A stretch of DNA of 64,000 nucleotides from Okamejei kenojei (GCA_035221665.1 JAVHYY010000086.1:62001-126000); one strand, 5' to 3'; numbered from the stretch's first letter, positions 1-13,549 are shown. Numbers and translations: made by a program. Notes: generated by a model not told the origin, from the letters alone.

Positions 1-355
1 CTAGATGCAGGAAGATTGTTCCCGATGTTGGGGAAGTCCAGGACAAGGGGTCACAGCTTAAGGATAAGGGGGAAATCCTTTAAGACCGAGATGAGAAAGA
101 CTTTTTTCACACAGAGCGTGGTGAGTCTCTGGAACTCTCTGCCACAGAGGGTAGTTGAGGCCAGTTCATTGGCTATATTTAAGAGTGAGTTGGATGTGGC
201 CCTTGTGGCTAAGGGGATCAGAGGGTATGGAGAGAAGGCAGGTACGGGATACTGAGTTGGATGATCAGCCATGATCATATTGAATGGCGGTGCAGGCTCG
301 AAGGGCTGAATGGCCTACTCCTGCACCTAATTTCTATGTTTCTATGTTTCTATGT
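1..355 (+). mobile_element. CR1 (family A) 3' end
   Basis: RTRGHSLRIRG/FFTQSVVSLWNSLP C-terminus and (TTCTATGT)n tail. Confidence 0.88.
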
Positions 356-756
356 TGTTCCGTACACCCGCTACCTTGTGTATTGAAAAGTTAGCCCTCA
401 AATTCCCATTAAATCTACTCCGCTTAACTTAAAACCTATGTCCTCGGTTCCTCCATTCAACTAGTTACTTTTTATCTTAATTTATTTGAGAAATAATGTT
501 AACAGATATTGTAACAGATTTAACTGTCCCCACGACGCATGAGATATCTGTGGCAGAGAGTTCCAGAGACTGTGTAAATATTTCACAGGCGACTCTGTCT
601 CGGCCGTCGCATTGTTCCAATGGAAATTGTCATTGCATTCCGGATGCGGATCACCTTCTTGTATGGCTCTACATGCCAACCGTAAATTAACGTAAATGAC
701 ACCCAGATTAAGGCGGCAACATTGTTAGTGTCATGGCGTTCGAGTTTAACAGCGCC

Positions 757-1012
757 ACACACGCACACACACAGACACACAGACCACACACCATACACAC
801 ACGAACACACANNNNNNNNNNNNNNNNNNNNNNNNNNNNNNNNNNNNNNNNNNNNNNNNNNNNNNNNNNNNNNNNNNNNNNNNNNNNNNNNNNNNNNNNN
901 NNNNNNNNNNNNNNNNNNNNNNNNNNNNNNNNNNNNNNNNCACGCAACCACACGCACGCAGTACGCACACACACGCACGGACATACACATGCACGCGCAA
1001 ACGCACACACAC
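757..1012. repeat. Imperfect (CA)n microsatellite spanning an assembly gap (N at 812-940)
   Basis: Seen directly; a homologous (CA)n lies at 46974-46997. Confidence 0.95.
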
Positions 1013-1519
1013 ACGTGCCTACGCTTTCTATCAAATTCGCACATATGGCTAACCCTAATTATTCTCCCCACATTCACATGATATTCACGTTTTCCAGGCT
1101 TCAAGGTCAGTTTATAGTCACATGTACCAGTTAAGGTACAGTGAAATTTGAGGTACCCTACAGCCGTACGAAGAGCAAAGCCACTAGACACACAACCATA
1201 TAAAACTTAACATGTACATTCTCCACAATTCATTCCATCGAATTTAAATTCACGATCGATGCCCCCGTCCGGGTGATGGAACTCTCCCCGCGGCATGGAG
1301 CTATCGAGTCGGTTCTTCTTACCAGAGACCGCGGCTACACGATGTTAAAGTTCACAGGCCAAGTTGGAACTTCGATCCCCGATAAAGGGATGACAGGCTA
1401 CGCGATGTTAACATCTCAACGGACTGTTGGCCTACATCCACTGCTGATGTTCTGCCATTCGTCTACCATTCATCAACGAGTAACAATGTGTGATGGCCTA
1501 CCGACGGGCTCACCACCAT

Positions 1520-1918
1520 GTTTAGTTTAGTTTAGTTTAATTTAGCTTACTTTAGATCCGTTAAGTTCAGTTTAGTTTAGTTTAGTTTAACTTCGTTGTG
1601 TTTCGTTTCGTGTAGATTAGTTTAGCGCGGAAACGGGCCCTTCAGCCCCTTGAGTCCGCTCCCACCAACGGTCTCCGCTCAATAATATTATCTACTCACA
1701 CTAAGGAGAATTTTTATTTATACCAAGCTAAATACCCTGGAAACATGCAAGTATTTGGAGTATGGGAGGAAACCGAAGATCTCGGAGAAAACGCATGCAG
1801 GACACGGGGAGTGTACAAACTCCATACAGACATGCACCCGCAGTTAGCATCGAACCCGACACCCGGGGCTCTTGCGCTGTAAGGCATCAACCCGAACGCT
1901 GCGCCACCGTGCCGCCCT
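1520..1918 (-). mobile_element. tRNA-derived V-SINE (HE1-like) with (CTAAA)n tail
   Basis: GGCGGCACGGTGGCGCAGC head, GGTTCGA B box, GGAGTTTGTAC..GGTTTCCTCCCA core. Further copies near 13155-13440, 27545-27830, 45400-45700 (+), 48065-48437 and 51365-51595. Confidence 0.75.
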
Positions 1919-1921
1919 GGC

Positions 1922-4900
1922 ACGTTTGAGGAAGCATGAGCACATGATCGAACAACTTGACCAAAGATTCAACAGCATTCTGCCAGAGCTTCCACACTCC
2001 AAACTTTCCGAGTTGACTGTGCCTGAACACCTCTATTAGTGGATCTCCAACTTCCTGACAGACAGAAAGTAGCATGTGAGGCTGAAAAAGCACATCTCGG
2101 ACCCGCAAATGCTCAGCTTAGGAGCACCGCACGACTGAGTACTCTCTCCTCTCCTCTACTCTCTCTACACCAACGACTACACCTCCACAGACTCCTCTGT
2201 CAAGCATCTCAAGTTTGCGGACGACGTACCTCTGATTGCACTGATCCAGGTTGGGGAGGAATATGCCTGCGGACAAGAAGTGTCATAGGTGGAGTCCTGG
2301 AGCCGAGCAACAACCTAGAGCTCAATGCTCTTAAGACACTAGAATTGATTGTAGACTTCAGGAGAGCTCCCCCTCCCCTCATCACACTCACCATCATCAA
2401 CAGTCACATAGAAACACAAAAAAATAGCAAATAGGTGCAGGAGGGGGCCATTCAGCCTTTGGAGCCAGCACCGCCATTCAATATGATCATGGCTGATTGT
2501 CCACTATCAATAACCCGTGCCTGCCTTCTCACCATATCCCTTCACTCCACTGCCCCGAGAGTTCTATCCAACTCTCTCTTAAATCCATCCTGTGATTTGG
2601 CCTCTACTGCCCGCTGTGGCAGGGAATTCCATAAATTCACAACTCTCTGGGTAAAGACGTTTTTTCTCAGCTCAGTCTTAAATGACCACCCCTTTATTCT
2701 AAGACTGTGGCCCCTGGTTCTGGATTCACCCAACATTGGGAATATTTTTCCTGCATCTAGCTTGTGCAGTCTTTTTATAATTTTATATGTTTCTATAATT
2801 TCCCCCCTCATCCTTCTAAACGCCAGTGAATACAAACCTAGTCTTTTCAATCTTTCCTCATATGACAGTCCCGCCATCCCAGGGATCAATCTCGTGAACC
2901 TACGCTGCACTGCCTCAATCACAAGGATGTCCTTCCTCAAATTAGGAGCCCAAACCTGTACACAGTACTCCAGATATGGTCTCACCAGAGCCCTATACAA
3001 CTGAAGTAGAACATCTTTACTCCTGTACTAAAATCCTCTTGTTATGAAGGCCAACATTCCATTAGCTTTCTTCACTGCCTGCTGTACCTGCACGCCAACA
3101 TTCAGTGACTGGTGTGCAAGGACAACCAGGTCTCGTTGTACCTCCCCCTTAACTAACCTAACCCCATTGAGATAATCATCTGCCCCCTTGTTTTTGCCGC
3201 CAAAGTGGATAACCTCTTATTTATCTATATTATACTGCATCTGCCACGCATCTGCCCACTCACTCAACCTGTCCAGGTCCCCCTGCAACCTCCTAACATC
3301 CTCTTCACAGCTCACACTGCCACCCAGCTTTGTGTCATCCGGATATTTGCTAGTGTTGCTCCTAATTCCCTCTTCCTAATCATGTATATATATGGTAAAC
3401 AATTGCTGCCCCAACACCGATCCATGCGGCACTCCACTCGCCACTGCCTGCCATTCTGAAAATGACCCTTTCACTCCGACTCTTTGCTTCCGGTCTGCCA
3501 ACCAATGTTCTATCCATGTCAACCCATACCCCCAATACCATGTGCTCTAATTTCTGTCGTCGGTTTACTTGTCACATCCTCAAAAAATTCCAGAAGATTA
3601 GTCAAGCATGATTTCCCGTCATAAAGACATGTTGACTTGGACTAATCCTTTTACTGCTATCCAAATGCTCCATTATTACCTCTTTAAAAATTGACTCCAG
3701 CATCTTTCCCACCACCGAATCCAGGCTAACTGGTATGTAATTCCCCTTTTTCTCTCTCGTTTTTTGAAAAGTAGGATAACATTCGCTATCCTCCAATCCA
3801 CAGGAACTGATCCTGAATCTATTGAACATCGGAAAATGATCACCAATGCGTCAAATATTTCTAGAGCCACCTCCCTGAGGAACCTGGGATGCAGACCATC
3901 AGGCCCAGGGGATTTATCATCCTTCAGTCCCATTAGTCCACCCAATACTGTTTCTCGCCTAATGAAAATGTATTTCAGTTACAAAGATAGAAACATAGAA
4001 AATAGGTGCAGGACTAGGCCATTTGGCCCTTCGAGACTGCACCGCCATTCAATATGATCATAGCTGATCATCCAACTCAGTATTCTGTACCTGCCTTCTC
4101 TCCATACCCCACTATCCCTTTAGCCACAAGGACCACATCCAACTCCCTCTTAAATATAGCCAATGAACTGGCCTCAACTACCTTCTGTGGCAGATAATTC
4201 CAGAGACTGACCACTCTCCGTGTGAAAAATGTTTTCCTCATCTCGGTGTTAAAGGAATTCCCCCTTATCCTTAGACTGTGAACCCTTGTTCTGGACCTAC
4301 ACAACATCGGGAACCATCTTCCTGTATCTAGCCTATCGAACCCCTTACGAATCCCATTAAGAACCCCTTAATTGCCTCGACCCCCTTAGATCCTCCGTCC
4401 TCCAGTACATCTGGGAGATTGTTTGTATTCTCCTTAGTGAAGACAGATCCGAAGTACCTATTCAACTCTTCTGCCATTTCCTTGTTGTCCATAATTATTT
4501 CACCCGTATCTGCCTTCAAGGGACCCACATATGAGTTTGCTACTATTTTCCCCTTATCATTTCTATAGAAGCTTTTATTGTCCTTCTTTATATCCCTGGC
4601 CAGCTTCCCATCGTACTCATCTTTTCAGCCCATATTGCCCGTTTTGTTTCTTTCTGTTGTCCTATGAAATTTCCCAATCCTCCGTCTTCCGGCTACTGTG
4701 GAGACATCTGTGGAATATTTTAAGTTCATGGGAACCATCATCTCCAATGACATTAAGTGGGATGGTTACCATCGACTCCTCAGTCAAAAAGGAACAACAT
4801 AGTATGTACTTCATACGGCAGCTGAGGTAGCACAATCTGCCACAGGCAACGATGATCCAATTCTACATTGCAATGGTAGGGTCTGTTCTCACCTTCTCCA

Positions 4901-5358
4901 TCATGGTCTTATTTGACTCAGCCACCAAGCACGTCACCTGGAGGCTGTAGCGAATCAACCGATCAGCAGAGAAGGTTATTGGCTGCAACCTTCCCTCCAT
5001 TGATGAACTGTACACTTCAAGGGCCAGGAAGCAAGCGGGAAAGATCATCTCTGGCACCTCTCAACCTGGCCACAAACTCTTTGAATCACTCCCCTCTGGA
5101 AGGCGACTCCGGATTGCCAAAGCTGCCACAGCCTGACATAAAAACAGTTTTGATCCACGAGTAGTTGCTTTACTCACCAGTCAAATATCTATAGCCTCCA
5201 TTTGATCTGGTATTTTGTTGGTTCACATGCTTGATCAATGGTGTTTTATAATTAACGTTTTATTATTATTAATGTTTAAGGTTTTCTGAGCCATTCGTAA
5301 CTGTCACTCTATGTCATGTTGTTCCTTGTGGGCTGAGCACCAAGGCAAATTCCTTGTA
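1922..5358 (+). mobile_element. Rex1/Babar-type LINE split by CR1 insertions
   Basis: WISNFLTDR and NNLELNALKTLELIVDFRR (1922-2407) resume at 4697 (FKFMGTIIS, MYFIRQLR); the 3' UTR is interrupted at 5358 by CR1-B. Confidence 0.75.
2408..4697 (-). mobile_element. Nested CR1 family A fragments
   Basis: RT C-terminal ORFs 2542-3000 and 3676-3945; tails near 2408 and 3988. Confidence 0.85.
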
Positions 5359-8300
5359 GCCCTCCAGAAATCCACATCTGCGACAGGTGTGTCGAAATGG
5401 GGCTCCTAAAGGATCGTGTTAGGAACCTGGAGCAGCAGCTCGATGACCTCCGTCTGGTCAGGGAGAGTGAGGAGGTCATAGAGAGGAGCTACAGGGAGGC
5501 AGTCACTCCCAGACCACAGGAGGCAGACAAGTGGGTCACGGTTAGGAAGGGCAAGAGGCAGGGGCTATAGAGTACCCCTATGACTGTACAACTGGAAAAT
5601 AGGTACTCGGGTTTGAGTACAATTGGAGGGGACAGTCTACCTGGGGGCAGCAACACCGGCCGGGTCTCCAGCACAGAGACCGGCCCTGATGCTCAGAAGG
5701 GTAGCAAAAAGAGGAGGGCAATAGTAATAGGGGACTCTATAGTTAGGGGGTCGGATGAGCGATTCTGTGGACGCAGTCGGGAAACCCGGATGGTAGCTTG
5801 CCTCCCTGGTGCCAGGGTCTCGCACGTGTCGGAACGTGTCCAAAAGATTCTGAAAAGGGAGGGAGAGGAGCCTGATGTTGTGGTACACATAGGTACCAAT
5901 GACATAGGCAGAAAAAGAGATGAGGTCCTGAAGGGAGAATTTAGGGAGTTGAGGGGAAAGTTAAGGAGAAGGACCAAAAGGGTTACTGCCTGTGCCGCGT
6001 GACAGTGAGAGTAGGAATGGAATGAGGTGGAGGATAAATGCATAGCTGAGGGACTGGTGCAGTGGGCAGGGATTCAAGTTTCTTGATCACTGGGACCTCT
6101 TTTGGGGAAGGCATGATCTGTACAAAAAGGACGGGTTGCACTTGAACCCGAGAGGAACCAATATCCTGGCAGGGAGATTTGCAAAGGCTACTGGGGAGAC
6201 TTTAAACTAGAAAGGCTGGGGGGAGGGACTCAGGTAGAGGGGGCTAGGGGACAGGGTGTGGGGCAAGAGGCAGAGAAGGGAAGCACTCGGACCCAAAATG
6301 TAGGCGAGAAAGAGGAAAAAGATAATAGACAGAGAATAAGGGATGGTGGGTTTATAAAATGTGTATATTCTAATGCTCGGAGCATTGTAAGAAAGGTGGA
6401 TGAACTTAGCGCCTGGATTGACACCTGGAAATATGATGTTGTGGCAATCAGTGAAACATGGTTGCAGGACGGTTGTGATTGGAAACTAAATATTCCAGGA
6501 TTTCGTTGCTTCAGGTGTGATAGAATTGGAGGGACCAGACGTGGAGGTGTTGCATTGCTTGTCAGAGAGAAATATTACAGCAGTGCTTTGGCAGGTTAGA
6601 TTAGAGGGCTCGTCTAAGGAGGCTATTTGGGTGGAACTGAGAAGTGGGAACGGTGTAGCAACACTTTTAGGGGCGTATTATAGACCGCCAAATGGGGAGC
6701 GAGAATTGGAAGAGCAAATATGTAAGGAGATAGCAGATATCAGTAGTAAGCACAAGGTAGTGATTGTGGGAGATTTCAATTTTCCAAAAATAGACTGGGA
6801 AACACGTTCTGTAAATGGGCTGGATGGTTTGGAGTTTGTAAAATGTATGCAGGATAGTTTTTTTGCAGCAGTACATAGAGGTATCGACCAGAGAAGGGGC
6901 AGTGCTGGACCTCCTGTTTGGAAATGAGGCAGGTCAGGTGACGGAGGTATGCGTCCGTGAGCACTTCGGGACCAGTGATCACAATAACATTAGTTTCAAT
7001 GTAATTATGGAGAGAGTCAGAACTGGACCTAGGGTGGAGATTTTTGATTCGAGAAAGGCTAACTTTGAGGGAATGCGTAAGGATTTAAAAGGAGTGAATT
7101 GGGACACTCTGTTTTATGGGAAGGATGTAGAAGAGAAATGGAGGGCATTTAAAGGTGAAATTGTAAGAGTACAGAATCTTTATGTCCCTGTTAGGGTGAA
7201 AGGAAGTAGTAAAAACTTGGAAAGAGCCATGGTTTTCAAGGGAAATTGGACACTTATTTCGAAAAAAGAGAGATATCTGCAATAATTATAGGAGGTATGG
7301 AGTAAATGAGGTGCTAGAGGAGTATAAAGAATGTAAAAAGAATCTTAAGAAAGAAATTAGGAAGGCTAACAGAAGATATGACGTTGCTTTGGCAAGAAAG
7401 GTGAAAGTAAATCCAAAGGGTTTCTACAGCTATATTAATAGCAAAAGGATAACGAGGGATAAATTTGGACCATTAGAGAGACAGAATGGACAGCTATCTG
7501 CCGAGCCAAAAGAGATGGGGGAGATATTGAACAATTTATTTTCTTCGGTATTCACCAAGGAGAAGGATATTGAACTATGTGAAGTAAGGAAAAAAAGTAG
7601 AGTAGCTATGGAAACTATGAGATTCAAAGAGGAGGAAGTACTGACACTTTTGGAAAATATATAAGTGGATAAATCTCCAGGTCCTGATAGGATATTCCAT
7701 AGGACATTGAGGGAAGTTAGTGTAGAAATAGCAGGAGCTATGACAGAAATATTCCAAATGTCATTAGAAACGGGAATAGTGCCGGAGGATTGGCGTACTA
7801 CGCATGTTGTTCCATTGTTTAAAAAGGGTTCAAAGAATAAACCTAGCAATTATAGACCTGTTAGTTTGACGTCAGTGGTGGGTAAATTAATGGAAAGGAT
7901 ACTTAGAGATAATAGATATAAGCATCTGGATAAACAGGGTCTGAACAGTAACAGCCAACATGGATTTGTGCCAGGAAGGTCATGTTTGACAAACCTTCTT
8001 GAATTTTTTGAAGCGGTTACTAGGGAAATTGATGAGGGTAAAGCAGTGGATGTTGTCTATATGGATTTCAGTAAGGCCTTTGACAAGGTTCCCCTGGAAG
8101 GTTGGTTAAGAAGGTTCAATCTGTGGGTGTTAATGGCGGAGTAGCAAGATGGATTCAACAGTGGCTGAATGGGAGATGTGAGAGACTAATGGTGGATGGT
8201 TGTTTGTCAGGTTGGAAGCCGGTGACCAGTGGGTGCCTCAGGGATCTGTGTTGGGTCGACTGTTGTTTGTCATGTACATCAATGATCTGGATGATGGGGT

Positions 8301-9247
8301 GGAAAATTGGATAAGTAAGTATGCAGATGATACTAAGATAAGTGGTGTTATGGATAATGAAGTAGATTTTCAAAGTCTACAGAGAGATTTGGGCCATATG
8401 GAAAAGTGGGTTGAAAGATGGCAGATGGAGTTTAATGCTGATAAGTGTGAAGTGCTACATCTTGGCAGAACAAATCAAAATAGGACGTACATGGTAAATG
8501 GTAGGGAATTGAGGAATGTTGTGGAACAGAGAGATCTAGGAATAACTGTGCATAGTTCCCTGAAGTTGGAATCGCATGTAGATGGGGTGGTAAAGAAAGC
8601 ATTTGGTGTGCTGGCCTTTATAAATCAGAGCATTGAATATAGGAGCAGGGAAGTAATGTTAAAATTGTACAAGGCATTGGTGAGACCAATTCTGGAGTAT
8701 GGTGTACAATTTTGGTCGCTTAATTATAGGAAGGATGTCAACAAAATAGATAGTACAGAGGAGATTTACTAGAATGTTTCCTGAGATCCAGCAACTATGT
8801 TACAGAGAAAGGTTGAACAAGTTAGGTCTTTATTCTTTGGAGCGCAGAAGGTTAAGGGGGGACTTGATTGGGGTCTTTAAAATGATGAAAGGGATATACA
8901 GAGTTGACGTGGATAAGCTTTTCCCATTAGGGGTAGGGAAGATTCAAACAAGAGGGCATGACATGCGAATTAAGGGACGGAAGTTTAGGGGTAACGTGAG
9001 GGGGAACTTCTTTACTCAGAGGGTGGTGGCTGTGTGGAATGAGCTTCCAGCAGAAGTGGTGGAGGCAGGATCGATTTTAACATTTAAAAGTAAAGTGGAT
9101 AGGTATATGGACGGGAAGGGAATGGAGGGGTATGGTCTGAGTGCAGGTAGATAGGACTAGAGGAAAACAAATGGTCGGCACGGACTGTAAGGGCCGAGAG
9201 GGCCTGTTTCCGTGCTGTAATTGTTATATGGTTTATGGTTATATGGT
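5359..9247 (+). mobile_element. CR1 LINE (young family B), near full length
   Basis: ORF1 SGNH esterase (IGDSIVR, VHIGTND, DGLHL), APE endonuclease (NARSI, SETW, GDFN, SDH), RT (PQGSVLG, YADD) and a (GGTTATAT)n tail; several frameshifts. Confidence 0.93.
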
Positions 9248-9737
9248 TTGTATACTTGGCCAATAAACCTACTTATTGTTACTGTTACTTGCTGTTCATT
9301 TACACGCTGAATGGGCACATCGCGCTATTTCGCACAGGTAGACGTTGTTTCACAATCGCTGATTTTATAAATGTTGTCATTGCACTTTGCGTCAAACATC
9401 AACGCTATCTGCTTGTGCCTATAGTTCAGGGCAAAAGTAAATGAATACCGGGATCTCTCTCTCTCTTTCTGCTGTTTTATTGCTCAAGCTAAACACATAA
9501 CGAAAACAACGACATGAATTCCAGCCATTGTAAAACCTTCCCCTTCGACACACACCATTACCAATGCGCACAAGCAGTTTGCTTTTAAATTGTATTTAAA
9601 TAAAATGCAGCCCTCAAAATAGACCAAGCAATCAAATGGAACCTTCGAAGGTAGACGACTATGCTGGAGAAATTCAGCGGTTGAGGCGGCAACTATGCAG
9701 CGAAGGGTTCCCGCTGGCCCCCCAGCCCCACATCAGT

Positions 9738-9765
9738 CTGAAGAAGGGTCTCGACCTGAAACGTC
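9738..9765 (+). ncRNA. Minimal hammerhead-ribozyme-like motif in a Penelope-derived terminal repeat
   Basis: CTGAAGA-A-GGGTC-TC-GACCT-GAAA-C-GTC: intact catalytic boxes, stem II and the palindromic ACGT mini stem III; stem I is weak. Confidence 0.5.
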
Positions 9766-10029
9766 ACCCGTTCCGTCCCTCCACAGATACTGCCTTACCG
9801 GGTGGATTCTATCGCCTTTTTGTATAGCTTCGATTTTTCCAGCATCTGCAGTTCTTTCTTATTCAAATGGAACCCGTGCCGTTTATAATTAAAGCGGGAA
9901 TTTAGGTACAATTTATTTTGCCAACATGTTCTTCGTTCCGAGTTACAATTCCCTAATGGTTATGTACGTTGCAACCACTACAGGAAATTTTCATTGCGTT
10001 TATGGAAGAATCGGCCAAAATAGGTGATT

Positions 10030-10540
10030 TGGAAAGGAACTGGAGATGCTGGTTTATACTGAAGAATGACGCAAACTGCTGGAGTGACTCCGCGGGTAAG
10101 ATAGCATCTCTGGAGAAAAGGGACATGTGATGTTTCTGGTCGGGACCGTTCTTCCGCCTGAAAGTAGAGCCGAAGGCACTGGATGTATGTAAAGGCCACA
10201 GCAATGCAGGGCCCGCTACAGGTGGCCAGGGAAAAATTGATGACATAATCACCCATTGTTGGCTGGGCGAGGTGATACCGAACGAATACAAACATGCGAG
10301 AAGTACAACTAGTATGATGACTAGGTTGGGGCAGAGAGGGAGAGAAATGGAGGGAATCCGGGGGTATTTTGGAATTAGAGCATTCAAAGTTCAAACCACA
10401 GAATAGTAAGATGCACAAGCGAAATGTAAGGTGCTGTTCCTCCATTTTGTTTGTGGCCTCATTCTAACCGTTGACGAGGAACAGGGCAGAAAGGTTTATA
10501 TGGGAATGGGAAATGCAGTTAACAAGTGTGCAGGCGGCAC
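10030..10540 (-). mobile_element. Penelope-like element 3' end (GIY-YIG C-terminus plus pLTR)
   Basis: MEEQHLTFRLCIL..GLNFECSN resembles the PLE C-terminal LEEQHLIFRLG..GMNIEFSN and is followed by the terminal repeat found throughout the window. A related remnant lies at about 24900-25070. Confidence 0.7.
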
Positions 10541-11289
10541 ATCGCGTTACCCGAGGCGGTATTTGAGTTGTTAGCTTTGAATGGAGCTTGTTTGCTTTAC
10601 GGCATACCTCATCTGTACTTTTCCTTTCGAGAGATACTTTCCGCACTTAGAAGTTATTTACAACACGCTGTCTGTTTGGAACTTCACACAACCTAAATCA
10701 TCCGCGACAACAACAGCAGATTCTCTTTAAACCAAATGCCCCGTTAATGCGCAATCAGACGTTTTTTCGCCAATGATGAAAGGGCATAACGAATACAATG
10801 TGCTCGTATTTAAATGAACACTCGTCTTTCTACACTCGTTTTGAAAATAATATGTTCCAGCCATATGAACGCATATTCGTAAAAAAAAAAACAGTTGATA
10901 GATTAAACTATGCACCAGGGCATGCTTAGATCAGGTCGGAATCAACTGAACCCATGAGCGTATTAAGGAGCAGGGCGTAAAATGTCCACAATTTAAATGT
11001 TAGGTAGACAGAAATGTTTTAGAAACTCAAGCGGGCATCTTTGAATGGAAGGAATAGGTTGCTGCAGAAACTCAGCCGGTGAGGCACCATCTGTGGAGCA
11101 AAGGCTTACCTATTCTTTCTCTCCATCGATGCTGCCGCACACGCTGAGTCTCTCCAGCATTTTGTCTACCTTCGATTTTTCCAGCAGCTGCAGTTCTTCT
11201 GAAACTAATGTTTCAACTAAATATATGTTTTTTTCACATAAATCCGATAACCAAACGACGCACGCGTTGGTGTGACATTATTTTAACTA

Positions 11290-12197
11290 TCACTTTACCG
11301 ATTTAAATATCTTCCTAGTGCAACGGATCGGATATGTTAGCACACGGAACAACTCATCTCTGAACTTGCTCTGAGTCACAGTGTAAATGGCTGTGTTGGT
11401 GCAGGAGCTCAGCAGCTGAAGCATTGATCCAACCTTTTCCAACCCTACCATGGGGTTTGCCCAGGACCTGCGTATAAACAAACTCAAACTTCGAACAGCA
11501 ATAAAATGTGCGACACTTGTGGCCCAGAGCAGGATGAAGCAGCTCGAAATTGCCATAAGTAAAACGACCGATCGTCTGCGGTTCACCATCTCCTGATCTT
11601 TCTTTTTCTCCCCACCGCTGAGGTCTCGGAGGTTCCTGCGGACTCGACTGGCCACGAAAATGCGTCTGATGGTGAGGGCGTTAAACAACAAAATCACGCA
11701 GAATGGAATCACCGGGGTGAACAACTGATCGGTCCAAGAGAACACCATCCATTCGCGACGCATATAAAAATATACGTCTTTGACGCAGCCCAGATTCAGT
11801 TCAATTGGGATGTAAGAAACGTATGCGAAGGGCAAAGGTAGGTTCTGAAGGCAGATGCATGGGGTCATTGTCTAGATAACAATCGACGCGGTTCTCTCGG
11901 TGCAATATTTGACTTTCATATTCTGAGTAGAAATCGCAACAAAGCGATCAAATGTGAAAGCGACTGTGAACCATACAGAACAATCCACCGCCACGGGTGC
12001 CAGGAAGAGTATTATTTTGCACACATGAGTGTAGGGCAAGGAGTCGGGCCACCAATAAGTATCAGCAATCCGACGAAACATCACGTCAATGAGAAGCACA
12101 GAGAAGTCTGCGATTGCCATGGCTACCATGTAACGAGTGATGCACTTGGAGAGGCCGCACATGCCACGGGACAGGATTACAATCGCCATCAGATTCA
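11290..12197 (-). pseudogene. GPR139/GPR142-like class A GPCR, copy 1, exon 2 (one premature stop)
   Basis: Acceptor ttcccag|TGAAT at 12197. Translates VNLMAIVILSRGMCGLSKCITRYMVAMAIADF...FTFDRFVAI...SCTNTAIY. In-frame TAG at 11872-11874 where the paralogues have CTG; no frameshift elsewhere (908 nt, same length as the paralogues). Confidence 0.9.
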
Positions 12198-13549
12198 CTG
12201 GGAAGGGATGAAAAAAGAAATGATTAATTGTGTGTGGCATGGGTTGGTGGGTGAGGGTAATTTAAACGTGCGCATATTTGGGACGAAATGTTGCCTCTTT
12301 CCTTCGCTTGAAGAAGTATTCAGACCCGAAACGTTCCCTATTTCCTTCGCTCCATAGATGCTGCCTCACCCGCTGAGTTTCGCCAGCATTTTTGTCTGCA
12401 TTTCAGAACATTATGTTGAGCAATGGCATTCCGTGAGGCACTGCAATTATAATTACATACATACGACAGCGACAAACAAGCGTAACAATATAACGAGTAG
12501 TTTTTTGTGCTGAATAGCGGGCGGGCCTCCGTGCTATATCTGATAAGAACCATTGTTGAAGTATCTCACTGGCTCAAGTAGCATCTCTGGATTACATGGA
12601 AAGGCAACGTTTCAGCTCGGGTCGTTCCTTCAGTGTTCGATCGGAGGAAGGATCCCGACCCGATACGTCGCCTACGTCGGTCTTCCAGAGATGCTACAAG
12701 ACCCGCTGAGTTACCCCATACTTTGTTAACCCGGCATGATCGCTGCAGCTACAGTCTCTGTTATCTGTACTTCAAAAAATATTTCTTTAATTTTCCTCTC
12801 AAACGAGGGGGAACATATCTGACACTGTTTGTTGAGTAAGTTGTTCATACGATCATCAAATTTGTTTCTGCCAAATTATCCCTGTGAAATGTTAACAGCT
12901 TTACTGAAAATGCAGTATCAAATGACTGGACGGGGTGATTTTTTTTTCCTTTCTACCGCGTGCACTACGCACTGCGGAACAGGTAGTCTCACACACAGCG
13001 AGGAGGATGTGTCGCTTGCCCTACCAACAACACAGGTGCGGGGCATCGGTTGGGGCCAAAATGCGTGGAGTCTAAATTTGTACCAGAGTCTATGACCGGC
13101 CATCCGTCATCGAAGCCAGCGCGTTTCCTCTCTCCGAAGATGTAAATTGGTTCATTTCAGTATAGTTTAGAGGCACAGCACCGAAGCAAGTCCTCCGGTC
13201 CATCGAGTCTGCGCAGACGAGTGACCTACGCAGACCAACAATATTCCACACACACTAGCGACTTAAAACAAATATATACCAAATCAATTAGCCTACAAGC
13301 CTGTCAGTCTTGGAACGTTGGAGGAAATCGAAGATCTCGGAGAAACCCCACGCTGGCCACGAGGCGAACCTATAAATTCTGTAAAGACAAGTAACCGTAG
13401 TGGAGAGCGAGCCCTGCGCCCTCTACCGCTGCGCCTTCATGCAGCCCTTAACCGTGCCGGGTTATTCCGTATGTTCTCTTAATCTGTACTCCTCTGCGCT
13501 TTTCAATCTGTCTTTGTTAGTTCAATGACCTGTGCCGACAATTACCTAC

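Noticed and set aside
583-1191. ORFs across the CA repeat
   Set aside because: Open only because of the microsatellite and the N gap.
1520-1625. (TTTAG)n array as a telomeric or CRISPR-like repeat
   Set aside because: It is the simple-repeat tail of the adjacent SINE; there are no spacers and the context is vertebrate.
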